Shown here: positions 28,489-37,886 of the stretch, piece after piece
How the letters are laid out: the number at the start of each line of letters is the position of its first letter
Position numbering within the stretch: the first letter of the stretch is position 1
Assembly: GCA_964604705.1 (NCBI GenBank)
Contig: CAZSAP010000014.1
Span: forward strand, 1-64,000
Length of the DNA: 64,000 nt
Source of the DNA: an uncultured bacterium
GTDB lineage: Bacteria > Oederibacteriota > JAAXVQ01
Reading direction: 5' to 3'
Notes under the pieces: generated by a model
The model's database searches: none
Told to the model about the DNA's origin: nothing
Seen by the model: the letters and a program-made list of their open reading frames with translations, nothing else
Translations under genes and position numbers: made by a program

Positions 28489-29793
28489 TTATTCCGATGC
28501 TTCGTTGGTTTCATCCTGAGGGACCGCAACCCGTCGGATAAAAATCTTCTCGATCTTCCGGCTCGTGGCGGCCGCAATGGTAAAGTGCAAGTCTTCGTGC
28601 TGCACCACTTCGCCTTTGCGAGGCAGATGCCCGAGCAGCTCGGTGAGAAAACCACCGATGGTGTTTACATCTTTCGAATTGGGGAGTTCGCTTTCCAGCA
28701 TCGCATTGACCTCGGCTATATCCGCCTGCCCACTGGCCAGCCAACTGTTTTCCGAGATACGGTCCACGGGATTTTCTTCCACATCGTACTCATCGTGGAT
28801 CTCGCCCACGATCACCTCGATTAAGTCCTCAAGCGTCACCAGCCCGGCCGTCCCGCCGTATTCGTCCACCACAATGGCCATGTGAATCTTGCCCTTTTGA
28901 AACTCCCGGAGCAAATCCGAGACTTTCTTGGTTTTCGGCACAAAATAAGGCTGGCGAATGATGTCTTGCAGGACAATCAATTCACTGTTTTGAATCAAGG
29001 GAATCAAATCCTTGGCGTACACCACACCCACAATGTTGTCGACCGTGTCTTTGTACACCGGCATACGCGAATACCCGGTCTGCACAATCTGGTTGATGAT
29101 CCGCAAAATGCTGTCGCTGGCATCCAGGCAGTCCATGCCTGTGCGCGGGACCATCACCTCTCGGACTTGCATGTCCCCGAGGCTGATCACACCGCTGAGC
29201 ATCTGGTGTTCCTGATCCTCGATCACCCCGGTGTCGGCACCGATTTCAATCAACGAGTGGATCTCTTCCTCAGTCACCACAGGCACATGGGTCCCGGGTT
29301 TTTGTCCGAGCAACCGTAAAAACACGTTCGCCAACGCCACAATGATTTTCCCCAGAGGTGCCAACAACCGATCGGCCCAGACCAAGGGACGAATGATGAG
29401 CAGCGCAATGGATTCGGCTTTGCGTATGGCCAACAACTTGGGGGCCACTTCACCAAAAACAATGATGATCACCGTTACCGCACCGGCCACAATGGCCCCC
29501 ATTTGCGTACGATTCACGTCCCAGGACTCGGCCAAATGCATGGCAAAAAACGCAGCCACCGTAGACGCCGTAATGTTAATGGCATTGTTTAAAATCAAAA
29601 TGGTCGTGAGCAAGCGATTCGGGTCGTGTCTCCAGGCTTCAAGCGCCGCACCACGTTTCCCACCCTGTTCAATGGCATGAGCCAGGCGAATGCGCCCCAA
29701 GGCCATCAACGCACTCTCGCTGGCAGAACAAAGTCCCGAACACCCAACCAGCGCCAACAAAATCAGAATATCTCCCAACAACATCGTATCCAC
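28489..29793 (-). CDS. corC: CNNM/CorC-family (HlyC/CorC) Mg/Co efflux-associated protein
   Basis: DUF21 membrane domain, CBS pair, and a CorC_HlyC C-terminal domain (LHFTIAAATSRKIEKIFI). Lies upstream of ybeY. Confidence 0.85.
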   Translation of the reverse strand: MDTMLLGDILILLALVGCSGLCSASESALMALGRIRLAHAIEQGGKRGAALEAWRHDPNRLLTTILILNNAINITASTVAAFFAMHLAESWDVNRTQMGAIVAGAVTVIIIVFGEVAPKLLAIRKAESIALLIIRPLVWADRLLAPLGKIIVALANVFLRLLGQKPGTHVPVVTEEEIHSLIEIGADTGVIEDQEHQMLSGVISLGDMQVREVMVPRTGMDCLDASDSILRIINQIVQTGYSRMPVYKDTVDNIVGVVYAKDLIPLIQNSELIVLQDIIRQPYFVPKTKKVSDLLREFQKGKIHMAIVVDEYGGTAGLVTLEDLIEVIVGEIHDEYDVEENPVDRISENSWLASGQADIAEVNAMLESELPNSKDVNTIGGFLTELLGHLPRKGEVVQHEDLHFTIAAATSRKIEKIFIRRVAVPQDETNEASE

Positions 29794-29803
29794 TAAAGTT
29801 CCC

Positions 29804-30256
29804 TCACTTGGTCAGCCGCGAAGCGGCCAACAATTGCGCATGCATGGACTGCATGCGTTTTTCATCAATAACTCGGTCATGGTCGTACCCCAACAAATGA
29901 AGCAGTCCATGGATTAAAATAAAATGGGCTTCGTCTCCCACCTCAACGCCGCGCTCGCGCGCCTGGCGTTCCAAGGTTTCCACCGAGACCACCAGGTCGC
30001 CCAACACCCGATCGTCGGGGGGCAACGGGTCACCGGGCCTGCGCTGTTCACGCATGCCAAACGATAAAATGTCCGTAGGTTTGTCCTTCCCACGATAGGT
30101 CCGGTTCAATTCACGGATGGCCGCATCCGAGGTCAACACCACGGATAGCTCGGCTTGTTTTAAGTTTAAATGATTGAGACACAGCTGCAGCTGACGGCGG
30201 AGGCGTGCGACAGAGACCTTCGGGTGGACGTGATGTTGAACAATCTCTAGCGGCAT
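29804..30256 (-). CDS. ybeY: rRNA maturation endoribonuclease YbeY
   Basis: HGLLHLLGYDH (HxHxxxxxxH zinc motif). Start at MPLEIVQ preferred over the upstream Met at 30298. Confidence 0.85.
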   Translation of the reverse strand: MPLEIVQHHVHPKVSVARLRRQLQLCLNHLNLKQAELSVVLTSDAAIRELNRTYRGKDKPTDILSFGMREQRRPGDPLPPDDRVLGDLVVSVETLERQARERGVEVGDEAHFILIHGLLHLLGYDHDRVIDEKRMQSMHAQLLAASRLTK

Positions 30257-30299
30257 AGTGTTTTCACTCGCAACCCTCAAGCGTTTAATTCCGTGCACT

Positions 30300-30332
30300 A
30301 AAAAAGGGACCTGAAGCCAGGTCCCTTTTTTA
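30300..30332. terminator. Bidirectional terminator hairpin
   Basis: AAAAAA-GGGACCTG-AAGC-CAGGTCCC-TTTTTT, flanked by A and T tracts. Lies 3' of the LysM gene on the minus strand. Confidence 0.6.
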
Positions 30333-30358
30333 GCACAATGGATACATTGCCCTCATGA

Positions 30359-30790
30359 TCAATACTCGATGGGCAAATGCTTGCGCGGCTTCTTGTGTTT
30401 CTTGTACCGCGGAGTTTTCTTGGCATTTTCGATGGCCTGGGCTACTTCCTCGGGTTTGAACTCCTTGGAAATCGCCAAATCCTGGCCTATCTCAATAATA
30501 TCCGGATCCTGAATCTGGTCGCGGTTGGCCTTGAAAATCAAGGGCCACTGGAAATTATCTCCGTACACATCTTGCTTCCCGGAGATACCCCAAAGCGTGT
30601 CACCTTGCGACACCGAATAACGCTGCGGCGCTGCCGGAGCCGGTGTAGGTTCAGGCGTAGCCACGGCCACGGGAGTGGCTTCGGGCTTTACTTCTTGCTT
30701 GGCACCGCAACCGACCATCCCAATCAGTCCGCCCAACAAAATCGCGGATACTGAAACCTTCACTAATGAATTTACGTTCATCTGTTTCAC
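30359..30790 (-). CDS. LysM-domain lipoprotein
   Basis: Lipobox VGCGA. Pro/Ala/Thr linker. LysM: YSVSQGDTLWGISGK...IEIGQDLAI. Confidence 0.75.
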   Translation of the reverse strand: MKQMNVNSLVKVSVSAILLGGLIGMVGCGAKQEVKPEATPVAVATPEPTPAPAAPQRYSVSQGDTLWGISGKQDVYGDNFQWPLIFKANRDQIQDPDIIEIGQDLAISKEFKPEEVAQAIENAKKTPRYKKHKKPRKHLPIEY

Positions 30791-30842
30791 CTCCTTTCAG
30801 ATGAAATCGTCTTTCGCTTGGGAACTTTTCTGTCGATCCAAG

Positions 30843-31484
30843 TTAAAACGTGAGCTCCACCAAACGTGCATTTAAAATGGGCTCACTTGGCAAACCCGGC
30901 ACCATGGAGGGTAAAATCGAAGAAACCTCGAGCAACCCAACTTTACCGGATAGTAACGCCCGCTCGTCACTCCGCGAACTAATGTCAATCACGCCCACGG
31001 TCATACCTAAGGCGGCTCCTACCACTCCGCCCAAACCTAATCCTATGGTAAAATCTTCAGGCGTTTTGTCCCGGTTGTAAGGAATCACCGCCGCCACCAC
31101 ACCCAGCAACGCACCGATCCCTGTGCCACCTGCAACATAACCCGGCACCGTCAACCCACTGGTGGGCTTGTTCATGCTGATTTCGTAGGCCGCAACACCG
31201 CCGCCCAAAACCGCGCCACCCAAAAAGCCATAAACCGCGCCATTGACTAGATATTCAGAATGGTAATTTTTATCCATACCGTAGGCCAACATCCCCGCCG
31301 CAAACCCTGCTACGGCTCCGGCACCAGCGCCCCCCAAAAGATTGTTGGCAATGATGGGACCACGCTCAATAGCTTGTACCTGGAGAGACATGAAGATCAA
31401 ACTTAAGCCCACTGCAGAACATTGAAAAAACCGCTTCACTCCACACCTCCCTGCGTTTGCAAAAAGCCACATTATTGTTTGCAA
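30843..31484 (-). CDS. Glycine-zipper membrane protein (start uncertain)
   Basis: Multiple GxxxGxxxG tracts (GAGAGAVAGFAAGMLAYG, GGAVLGGGVAAY, GGTGIGALLGVVAAV). The true start may be an internal Met after a signal-like segment. Confidence 0.5.
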   Translation of the reverse strand: MQTIMWLFANAGRCGVKRFFQCSAVGLSLIFMSLQVQAIERGPIIANNLLGGAGAGAVAGFAAGMLAYGMDKNYHSEYLVNGAVYGFLGGAVLGGGVAAYEISMNKPTSGLTVPGYVAGGTGIGALLGVVAAVIPYNRDKTPEDFTIGLGLGGVVGAALGMTVGVIDISSRSDERALLSGKVGLLEVSSILPSMVPGLPSEPILNARLVELTF

Positions 31485-31693
31485 TTTATCACAAACACAA
31501 AAGTATTGTCAAGCGCTTGTTGGTTTCATCCACCACCCAAAAAATTGGGCATGCGGGTTTTAGAACACACCCCACCCTAAAAGTTCTCATCTTCGGAAAA
31601 ATATTCCCCAAAGAGAAACATTCTCATGGTTTTTTCTAACTATGTGAATCCCAAAACACTCTTTGGAACACACATTGCACCCAGAGGCGTTAC

Positions 31694-32908
31694 TTAATTC
31701 CTATATCCGGCATTGATGGCCACATATTGGGCGGTCAAATCGCAGGTACGGTACCGGGCCTGACTCGCACCCACACCCAAATCAATCTTGATAACAATGG
31801 TTTTAGGCGCCAAAGCCTTGTTGCCCTTTTCCCAGGGCGTGCCTGCATCCACCCCTTTGCGCACCAGGGGCACTTGATTGATGTCCACCCGCACCCGCTC
31901 ATTCCTTAGTTTAATGCGTGTGGCCCCAATGGCCGACAAAATCCGGCCCCAGTTGGCATCCTGGCCGTGAACCGCGGTCTTGACCAGTTGCGAATCCCCT
32001 ACGGCTCGGGCCGCGATCATGGCCTGAGCCTCGCTCACGGCACCGGTTACCCAAATATCGATAAATTTACCCGCCCCTTCACCATCTTCTACAATACTCT
32101 TGGCCAAGGCATCTGCCACCTCGGTCAGAGCGTCCAAAAAGGCGGTTTTCGCCGCGCCGGTCCTCAAGGCCGTCTTGCGTCCCGCCTGCCCGTTGGCCAG
32201 CATGAAGACGCAGTCGTTGGTTGAGGTCTCCCCATCCACACTGATGGCATTGAACGTTCCCCGACAGGCCTCGCGCAGCAACGGCTTCAGCTCGACCCGA
32301 GCAATGGCCGCGTCCGTGGTAATCACGGCCAGCATGGTCGCCATGTTGGGATGAATCATACCCGACCCCTTGGTCATGCCGCCGATGCGCACGGTCGTGC
32401 CTTGGATACGTACTGTGGTGTCCACGGACTTAGGCTTGGTGTCCGTGGTCATAATGGCCTGGGCGGCCGCCATCCCGTTCTGCGGCTTCAGGCCTTTCCA
32501 CGCGTGCGGCAATGCGGCCAACATCTTGGGGATCGGCAGGCGCATGCCAATCACGCCTGTGGAGGCAATCAAGATCTCCGAGGGACTGCACCCGATCAAA
32601 TCCGCGGTATGGGCACAGAGATTCTGCGCATCCACGATACCGGCTTGCCCCGTGCACGCATTGGCCCCGCCGGCATTGAGCAAGACCGCCCGGTGGGACT
32701 TGGCCACGCGCAAATGCGCCTGGGAGACGGTCACCGGTGCGGCGGGAAATTGATTGGTCGTAAACAGCGCCGCAGCGGCTGCCGGTGTGTCCGAAACCAC
32801 CAAAGCCAGATCCGGTTTCCCGCTTTTTTTCAACCCCGCTGACACGGCCGCCGCCTTAAACCCTTTCGGGGCCGCGACTCCGATTTTGGATTTTTCTTGA
32901 ATGCTCAT
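31694..32908 (-). CDS. argJ: Bifunctional ornithine acetyltransferase/N-acetylglutamate synthase ArgJ
   Basis: ArgJ self-cleavage site ATMLAVITTDA and the conserved GMIHPNMATML block. 4-nt overlap with argC. Confidence 0.9.
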   Translation of the reverse strand: MSIQEKSKIGVAAPKGFKAAAVSAGLKKSGKPDLALVVSDTPAAAAALFTTNQFPAAPVTVSQAHLRVAKSHRAVLLNAGGANACTGQAGIVDAQNLCAHTADLIGCSPSEILIASTGVIGMRLPIPKMLAALPHAWKGLKPQNGMAAAQAIMTTDTKPKSVDTTVRIQGTTVRIGGMTKGSGMIHPNMATMLAVITTDAAIARVELKPLLREACRGTFNAISVDGETSTNDCVFMLANGQAGRKTALRTGAAKTAFLDALTEVADALAKSIVEDGEGAGKFIDIWVTGAVSEAQAMIAARAVGDSQLVKTAVHGQDANWGRILSAIGATRIKLRNERVRVDINQVPLVRKGVDAGTPWEKGNKALAPKTIVIKIDLGVGASQARYRTCDLTAQYVAINAGYRN

Positions 32909-33954
32909 AATGTGAACCCCGCTTTGGGCAAGCCCATGGTCTCGTCCAGGCCGCTCATCAGATTTAGATTTTGGATCGCCTGTCCTGAGGCGCCCTTGAT
33001 CAGATTGTCAATCACGCTCACCACCAACACGGTCTGGGTCCGTTCATCCACCGCCGCCGCCAAGACGCAATCGTTGGAGCCCACCGCACTGGACATATCC
33101 GGCCAGGCCGCTCCAAGGCCCTGGACCCGGACAAAGGGTTCGTGCCGATAAATCTCCTGATACTTGGCCACGACCGTGGCTGTATCCAGCTTTTGGTTCA
33201 AGCGCCCGTAGATCACCGACAAAATGCCGCGCCGTGCGGGCACCAGCTGGGGCGTAAAGGTAATGACCACCTCCTGACCCGTGGCCTTGCCCAGCGCCAT
33301 TTCCATTTCCGGGGTATGCTGATGCGTCCCAGCCAACTTGTACGGCACCACGTTTTCCGAAACATGGGTGAACATGGTTTCCAGTTTGGGCTTGCGTCCC
33401 GCCCCGCTGGGACTGGTTTTGGAGTCGACGATCAAGGCCTTGGCATCCACCCATTTGGATTTCAAAAGCGGGTACGCGCCCAGCACCGCGGTCGTAACAA
33501 AACACCCGGGGTTGGCGACAAATGCGGCGTTCACGATCTCTTTGCGGAACAACTCGGGCATCCCGTACACAGCCTTGTCCGCATAATCTTTGGCCGAATG
33601 TTCGCGGCCGTACCACTTTTCATACACAGCCGGATTGTGAAACCGAAAATCGCCGGAAAGATCCAACACCTTGACGCCTTGGGCCAACAGTTTGGGAGCC
33701 AGCGCCTGCGACTCTCCATGCGGGAGCGCCAAGAGCACCACATCCACATCCGACGGGGTTAAGGCCGCCTGAGCCAAAGGCGTCAGGACCAACTCGCCCA
33801 CGCGTCCCAATCCGGAATAAACCTCATTGAGTTTTTTGCCCGCAAACGACTCCGACGTGGCCACCACGATCTCCACCTGCGGATGCGAAGCCAAGAGCCT
33901 CACCAATTCCGCCCCGGTGTAGCCGCTGGCGCCTACGATGGCTACTTTCACCAT
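32905..33954 (-). CDS. argC: N-acetyl-gamma-glutamyl-phosphate reductase ArgC
   Basis: N-terminal Rossmann KVAIVGASGYTGAEL and the active-site Cys context NPGCFVT. Confidence 0.9.
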   Translation of the reverse strand: MVKVAIVGASGYTGAELVRLLASHPQVEIVVATSESFAGKKLNEVYSGLGRVGELVLTPLAQAALTPSDVDVVLLALPHGESQALAPKLLAQGVKVLDLSGDFRFHNPAVYEKWYGREHSAKDYADKAVYGMPELFRKEIVNAAFVANPGCFVTTAVLGAYPLLKSKWVDAKALIVDSKTSPSGAGRKPKLETMFTHVSENVVPYKLAGTHQHTPEMEMALGKATGQEVVITFTPQLVPARRGILSVIYGRLNQKLDTATVVAKYQEIYRHEPFVRVQGLGAAWPDMSSAVGSNDCVLAAAVDERTQTVLVVSVIDNLIKGASGQAIQNLNLMSGLDETMGLPKAGFTL

Positions 33955-34143
33955 GATGCGTCACCTTCCTACTTAAAATTAAACTCGTGAAACCTTCCCG
34001 AGTCCCCCTAGAATACAATTAACCTTTGAAAAAATCTTTTCTTTTTTTCACACGCCGGAACTTTCCTTCAGGCAAGAGTGTTTACCCCGCACGGGCTTCA
34101 TGTTATGCTGCTTTCCAAATTGTGCGCTCCGGGAGGCTTGAGC

Positions 34144-34605
34144 ATGCTCAACGTCAAGGAACTGTTTACCTTTGCCATCTTGTTGGAAGAAAACGGCATC
34201 ACCTTCTACCGCCACGCCCTCAAGCTGACCGACGATATGGATGCCAAGGTGATCTTTGAATTTTTAGGGGATGAGGAAGTCAAGCACAAGCAGACCTTTG
34301 AGACGCTCTACGCCCAGGCGCAAAACCTGCCCGAGGGCGAGACCTTGGGCGACTACACCACCTTGCTGCGCACCACCATCCAAAACGTCATTCTGCGCCC
34401 CGAGACGTTTCAAGCCGAGTTGGCCAAGATTAAGGACGTGCGCGCCGCCCTCACCTTTGCCCAGGCACGTGAATCCGAGTCCATTGCCTACTACGGCGAG
34501 CTTAAAAAATTTCTGCCCGCATCGTTGCACCCCGCGCTTAACCGGATCATCCAAGAAGAGGGCCATCACTACGAAAAATTGACACACCTGCTCCAGAAAA
34601 AATAG
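34144..34605 (+). CDS. Ferritin-like/rubrerythrin-family diiron-domain protein
   Basis: Two E...E/H helix pairs (LEENGITFYRHA, EEVKHKQTFE...ESESIAYYGE...EEGHHYEKL). Start taken at MLNVKELF. Confidence 0.6.
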   Translation: MLNVKELFTFAILLEENGITFYRHALKLTDDMDAKVIFEFLGDEEVKHKQTFETLYAQAQNLPEGETLGDYTTLLRTTIQNVILRPETFQAELAKIKDVRAALTFAQARESESIAYYGELKKFLPASLHPALNRIIQEEGHHYEKLTHLLQKK

Positions 34606-34619
34606 TGATCCCTGTAGGC

Positions 34620-35450
34620 TCAGCGACTCTTCCCCGGTTGGTCAAAGGCATAGCGCAAGGTCCCAAAGGGTGTGCCAAACTCCGTCTTCCCTTTTACCCG
34701 AAAATCCAACCGTTGATTCATTAAGGCATTGAACACCATACTTACGCCCTTGCCCAGAGCCTGGTCAAGGTTCAACGCCACGATGCGACTGGCACCGGGT
34801 TCCAAATGGGTCGCGTTGGACACATACGCCAGATCGTAGGTTTGGTTGTTCAACACCATGCCCGCTTGGCACTGGTTCAAGTCAATGGGAAAGGTATTGG
34901 GATTCTTCACTTTCAGCTTAATGGTAAAGGTTCCCTGGCCAAAAGTCCCTTCAGTCCCCGCAAACCCAATCTCAGGCCAGACGGGAACCGGCAGCACTTT
35001 GGTCATCTCAAACGGTATGCGCGCCACCGCATAGTCCCCACCCACTTGGACCGACCCGCGCAGCGCCAGGTGATAGTCGGAACCGGTTTGCCCTTTCGGC
35101 ACTCGGGTCAGAACGGTCCACGGCACCAAAAACGGGAGCGTCACCTCCTGCTGCCCGCGCGCCGCAAAATCCTGAAAACGATCAAACGTTCCTTTCACGA
35201 ACAATTGCTGGTTGATGTCCAGGCGGTAGTCCATGGCCTGCAGGGGCAAGGGTACGCGCATCGGACTTTTGATGCTCAGCACCGCTTCCAAACGAATGCC
35301 CTCGGGTTGGATCGAGACCGACTCGAGCCGCTCAAACGTGACCTGGGGCGTAATGCTCGAGACGGTGGCCAACTCCGCGCAGCCCGCCCACAAACCAATG
35401 CCCACGCACAACCCCAACCATGCGCTCGCTGTTCTCGGGTTCATATGCAT
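34620..35450 (-). CDS. Lipoprotein with two LEA_2/WHy (LEA14-like) domains
   Basis: Lipobox WAGC. Two repeats carrying the NPN-FPI type motif (KVKNPNTFPIDL). Confidence 0.55.
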   Translation of the reverse strand: MHMNPRTASAWLGLCVGIGLWAGCAELATVSSITPQVTFERLESVSIQPEGIRLEAVLSIKSPMRVPLPLQAMDYRLDINQQLFVKGTFDRFQDFAARGQQEVTLPFLVPWTVLTRVPKGQTGSDYHLALRGSVQVGGDYAVARIPFEMTKVLPVPVWPEIGFAGTEGTFGQGTFTIKLKVKNPNTFPIDLNQCQAGMVLNNQTYDLAYVSNATHLEPGASRIVALNLDQALGKGVSMVFNALMNQRLDFRVKGKTEFGTPFGTLRYAFDQPGKSR

Positions 35451-35534
35451 CCCTCACTTTTCGTTTCGACTTTGAGGCAAAAAAAATCCCCGGTGAAATC
35501 CACACCGGGGATTGAACAACCTCTAAACATACGG

Positions 35535-36083
35535 TTACTTTTTAAATTCGGCCAGCCACTTTTCAATCATGGCTTTGGCGTCCACCAAGGCTTTCTTGAT
35601 ATCGCTGGGAGTGACTTTGCTTTCCTTGACCTGTTTGAGTATGGAATCCAACTTCTGTTTCTCCACATCCCAGGTTTTCTGCACTTCCGCATTCAACGGG
35701 GGTTTCTTGTTCGCCGCGACGGTCATGAGTTCCGCCAGGCTTTTTTCCACCAAGGTCAAGGCCGCGGCATTTTCTTCAATGATTGCCCGCTTGCCCGCCT
35801 CCACCTGACCGGCGGCCATTTCAAATCCCAACTTGGCCGTGGCATAAGCGGCCTTGGCTTCTTTGTACGTCTTTTTCATCATCTTCATTTCAGCGGCTTC
35901 CCAAAGCTTCATGGCCTCGTTCATGGCCTCGGCGGCATACGTCTCGGCCTGTGCCGCCACCGCATGATTCATGGCCGCTTCCGCCTCGTTACGCGCATCC
36001 ACCGGTGGCTTGGCGCATCCGACCGCGCCGAGCAATCCCCCAGCCAAAACCAACCCGACAATCATCTTATGCAACGGTCTCAT
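35535..36083 (-). CDS. Alpha-helical lipoprotein of unknown function
   Basis: Signal peptide and lipobox VGCAK. Ala/Lys/Glu-rich helical repeats. Confidence 0.55.
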   Translation of the reverse strand: MRPLHKMIVGLVLAGGLLGAVGCAKPPVDARNEAEAAMNHAVAAQAETYAAEAMNEAMKLWEAAEMKMMKKTYKEAKAAYATAKLGFEMAAGQVEAGKRAIIEENAAALTLVEKSLAELMTVAANKKPPLNAEVQKTWDVEKQKLDSILKQVKESKVTPSDIKKALVDAKAMIEKWLAEFKK

Positions 36084-36111
36084 AGGTCCATCCTCCACGA
36101 TCTGTGTGATG

Positions 36112-36582
36112 TTATTTCGGATACGCCCCCACCCATTTTAAAACCGCGCCATGCAGACGGTGGGGAAACGCCGTCTTGGGCAAGAACATGAACGGACAAA
36201 AGCCCGTGATTAGGTTTATGTTGTTTTGCTCGCATAGGTAGATGGCGCGGGTGTTGGTGACGCCTTGGGCAATATGCTGATGAAGCCAAATGAATTTCAC
36301 TCCGGCGGCGACGCAGTCTTGAATCGCAGCCTCGGTCTTCTCCGGCGGGAGCAACATGATCACCCGGTCCACGCCCGGCTTGATCTCTCCGATGCGGGCA
36401 TAGCAGGTCTGACCGTCCACGTTGGTCATCTGTGGATTCACGGGCAAGGCCTCAAACCCGTTTTTTCTCAGATCGTTCCAGAGCCGGCGGCTGTACTCGC
36501 CCTTTGAGCGTGAAACCCCTATGACCGCCAGACGCTTCACGGCAAAAAAATCATCCAAGGTTTGCTTTGTCACAATGCTCAT
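36112..36582 (-). CDS. CoA-binding domain protein (YccU-like)
   Basis: KRLAVIGVSRSKGEYSRRLWNDLRKNGFEALPVNP...VDRVIMLLPPEKT... is a typical CoA_binding_2 fold. Confidence 0.75.
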   Translation of the reverse strand: MSIVTKQTLDDFFAVKRLAVIGVSRSKGEYSRRLWNDLRKNGFEALPVNPQMTNVDGQTCYARIGEIKPGVDRVIMLLPPEKTEAAIQDCVAAGVKFIWLHQHIAQGVTNTRAIYLCEQNNINLITGFCPFMFLPKTAFPHRLHGAVLKWVGAYPK

Positions 36583-36634
36583 GCCCGAACCTCCGTCCCA
36601 TGGTTTAAATGTGTATGGAATCTAGAACTACATT

Positions 36635-36755
36635 CACATTTCGAGAGACCAAAGGGAAGAAAGCATAGAGGACATCCGCTTCGCAAAAGGATGTCCGATC
36701 TGAACAAGCCTCTCTGAGGCGAGTGTCTTTCTTTCCTTTGGTCTCTCGAAATGTG
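36635..36755. repeat. Nested inverted repeat (29-bp arms, 1 mismatch, 63-nt spacer containing an 8-bp inner hairpin)
   Basis: 36635-36663 CACATTTCGAGAGACCAAAGGGAAGAAAG and 36727-36755 CTTTCTTTCCTTTGGTCTCTCGAAATGTG. Inner hairpin GGACATCC-N11-GGATGTCC. Intergenic between two minus-strand genes. Confidence 0.6.
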
Positions 36756-36779
36756 TCCTTAATCTAACTTAGATCACGT

Positions 36780-37886
36780 TCATTTAACACTCCGCGCTTC
36801 GGCATACGTCACTTTGAACTTCTGTTTCAGGGAATCCATCCAGGCCTGGTAGCGCGACTCGGAGCCTTCGTTCATCAAGACCTGACGAATGCGCCCGCGC
36901 ACTTCCTCAAACGGCGTCACGCCTCCGTCTTGGCGATCCTCCACCTTGACGATAAAATATCCCCGCGCCGTGGAAATCACCTTGGAGATCTCGCCGGCTT
37001 TGAGTGACTCAAACACGGCCTTGTCAAATTCCGGCATGCCCAGTTCGCCTTGCTCAACCCAGCCGACCTCCCCGCCCTTCTCTGCGGTGACGCGGTGCTC
37101 CGAATACTTGCGCGCCGCGCTCTCAAAATTCCCCTTGGCATTGAGCTCGGAGAGAGCCTCGCGAATCTTGGCTTGCGCGTTGCGGTCGGCCTTCTCAAAC
37201 GCATCGGCCGGGAGTCCGGCATCCGGGCGCGCGACAAAAATCTGCGCAATCCGCACACGGGTGGCACGCTTGAACTCGTCTTTGTGCTTGGCGTAGAACT
37301 CGGCCAGTTGCGACTCGGTCACATCGGCGCCGGTGGAGAGTTCCTGCATCTTGGCCTGCACCAGCTTCTGCTGGAGCAACTGCTCGCGCACCAGCTTCTC
37401 GCGCTGGGATTGCAGATCCTCCACGGTCAGATGCTCGATGGCCAACTGCTTCTCAAATTCCTTCGAGCTTGGGAACTGCGCGCGCAGGGAATCGATCTCC
37501 TGCTTCGCGCGCTCGGTCACTTGCGCATCGGAAACCTCAACTTTTTGCTCGCGCGCTTCCAACAGGAGCAACTTCTGCTCCACCAAGCGCTTCAAGTGCT
37601 GCTCGCGCGCCAGCTTCAGGCGTTTTTCCAAATCATCGCCGCGAAACTCCTTAACCGCGCGCTCCCGCAACTGACGCAGGGGCTCCTCGATCTCCATGGT
37701 GGTCACAATCTCATTGCCCACCTGAATCTCAATACGGTTGGCGGGCACCGGAGTCCCCACCGCCGCGGCCACATGCGCCACCGGAGTGGAAGTCCCGGCT
37801 TCCACCGCCTCTGCTCCGTACGCGGCCACGGTCCAGCCGCTTGCCAGCACGAGCAGTCCTAACCCAACGCCAACCTGTCTTTTCAT
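36780..37886 (-). CDS. SurA-like periplasmic chaperone/parvulin PPIase
   Basis: Signal peptide, SurA_N-like helical domain, and a C-terminal rotamase (GEVGWVEQGELGMPEFDKAVFSLKAGEISKVISTARGYFIVKVED). Confidence 0.75.
   Translation of the reverse strand: MKRQVGVGLGLLVLASGWTVAAYGAEAVEAGTSTPVAHVAAAVGTPVPANRIEIQVGNEIVTTMEIEEPLRQLRERAVKEFRGDDLEKRLKLAREQHLKRLVEQKLLLLEAREQKVEVSDAQVTERAKQEIDSLRAQFPSSKEFEKQLAIEHLTVEDLQSQREKLVREQLLQQKLVQAKMQELSTGADVTESQLAEFYAKHKDEFKRATRVRIAQIFVARPDAGLPADAFEKADRNAQAKIREALSELNAKGNFESAARKYSEHRVTAEKGGEVGWVEQGELGMPEFDKAVFESLKAGEISKVISTARGYFIVKVEDRQDGGVTPFEEVRGRIRQVLMNEGSESRYQAWMDSLKQKFKVTYAEARSVK

Noticed and set aside
31485-31693. Possible ArgR boxes (TTTGCAAAAAG...TTTGCAATTT) near argJ
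   Set aside because: The motif lies 3' of argJ and upstream of the glycine-zipper gene, not in the arg promoter. The dyad is weak.
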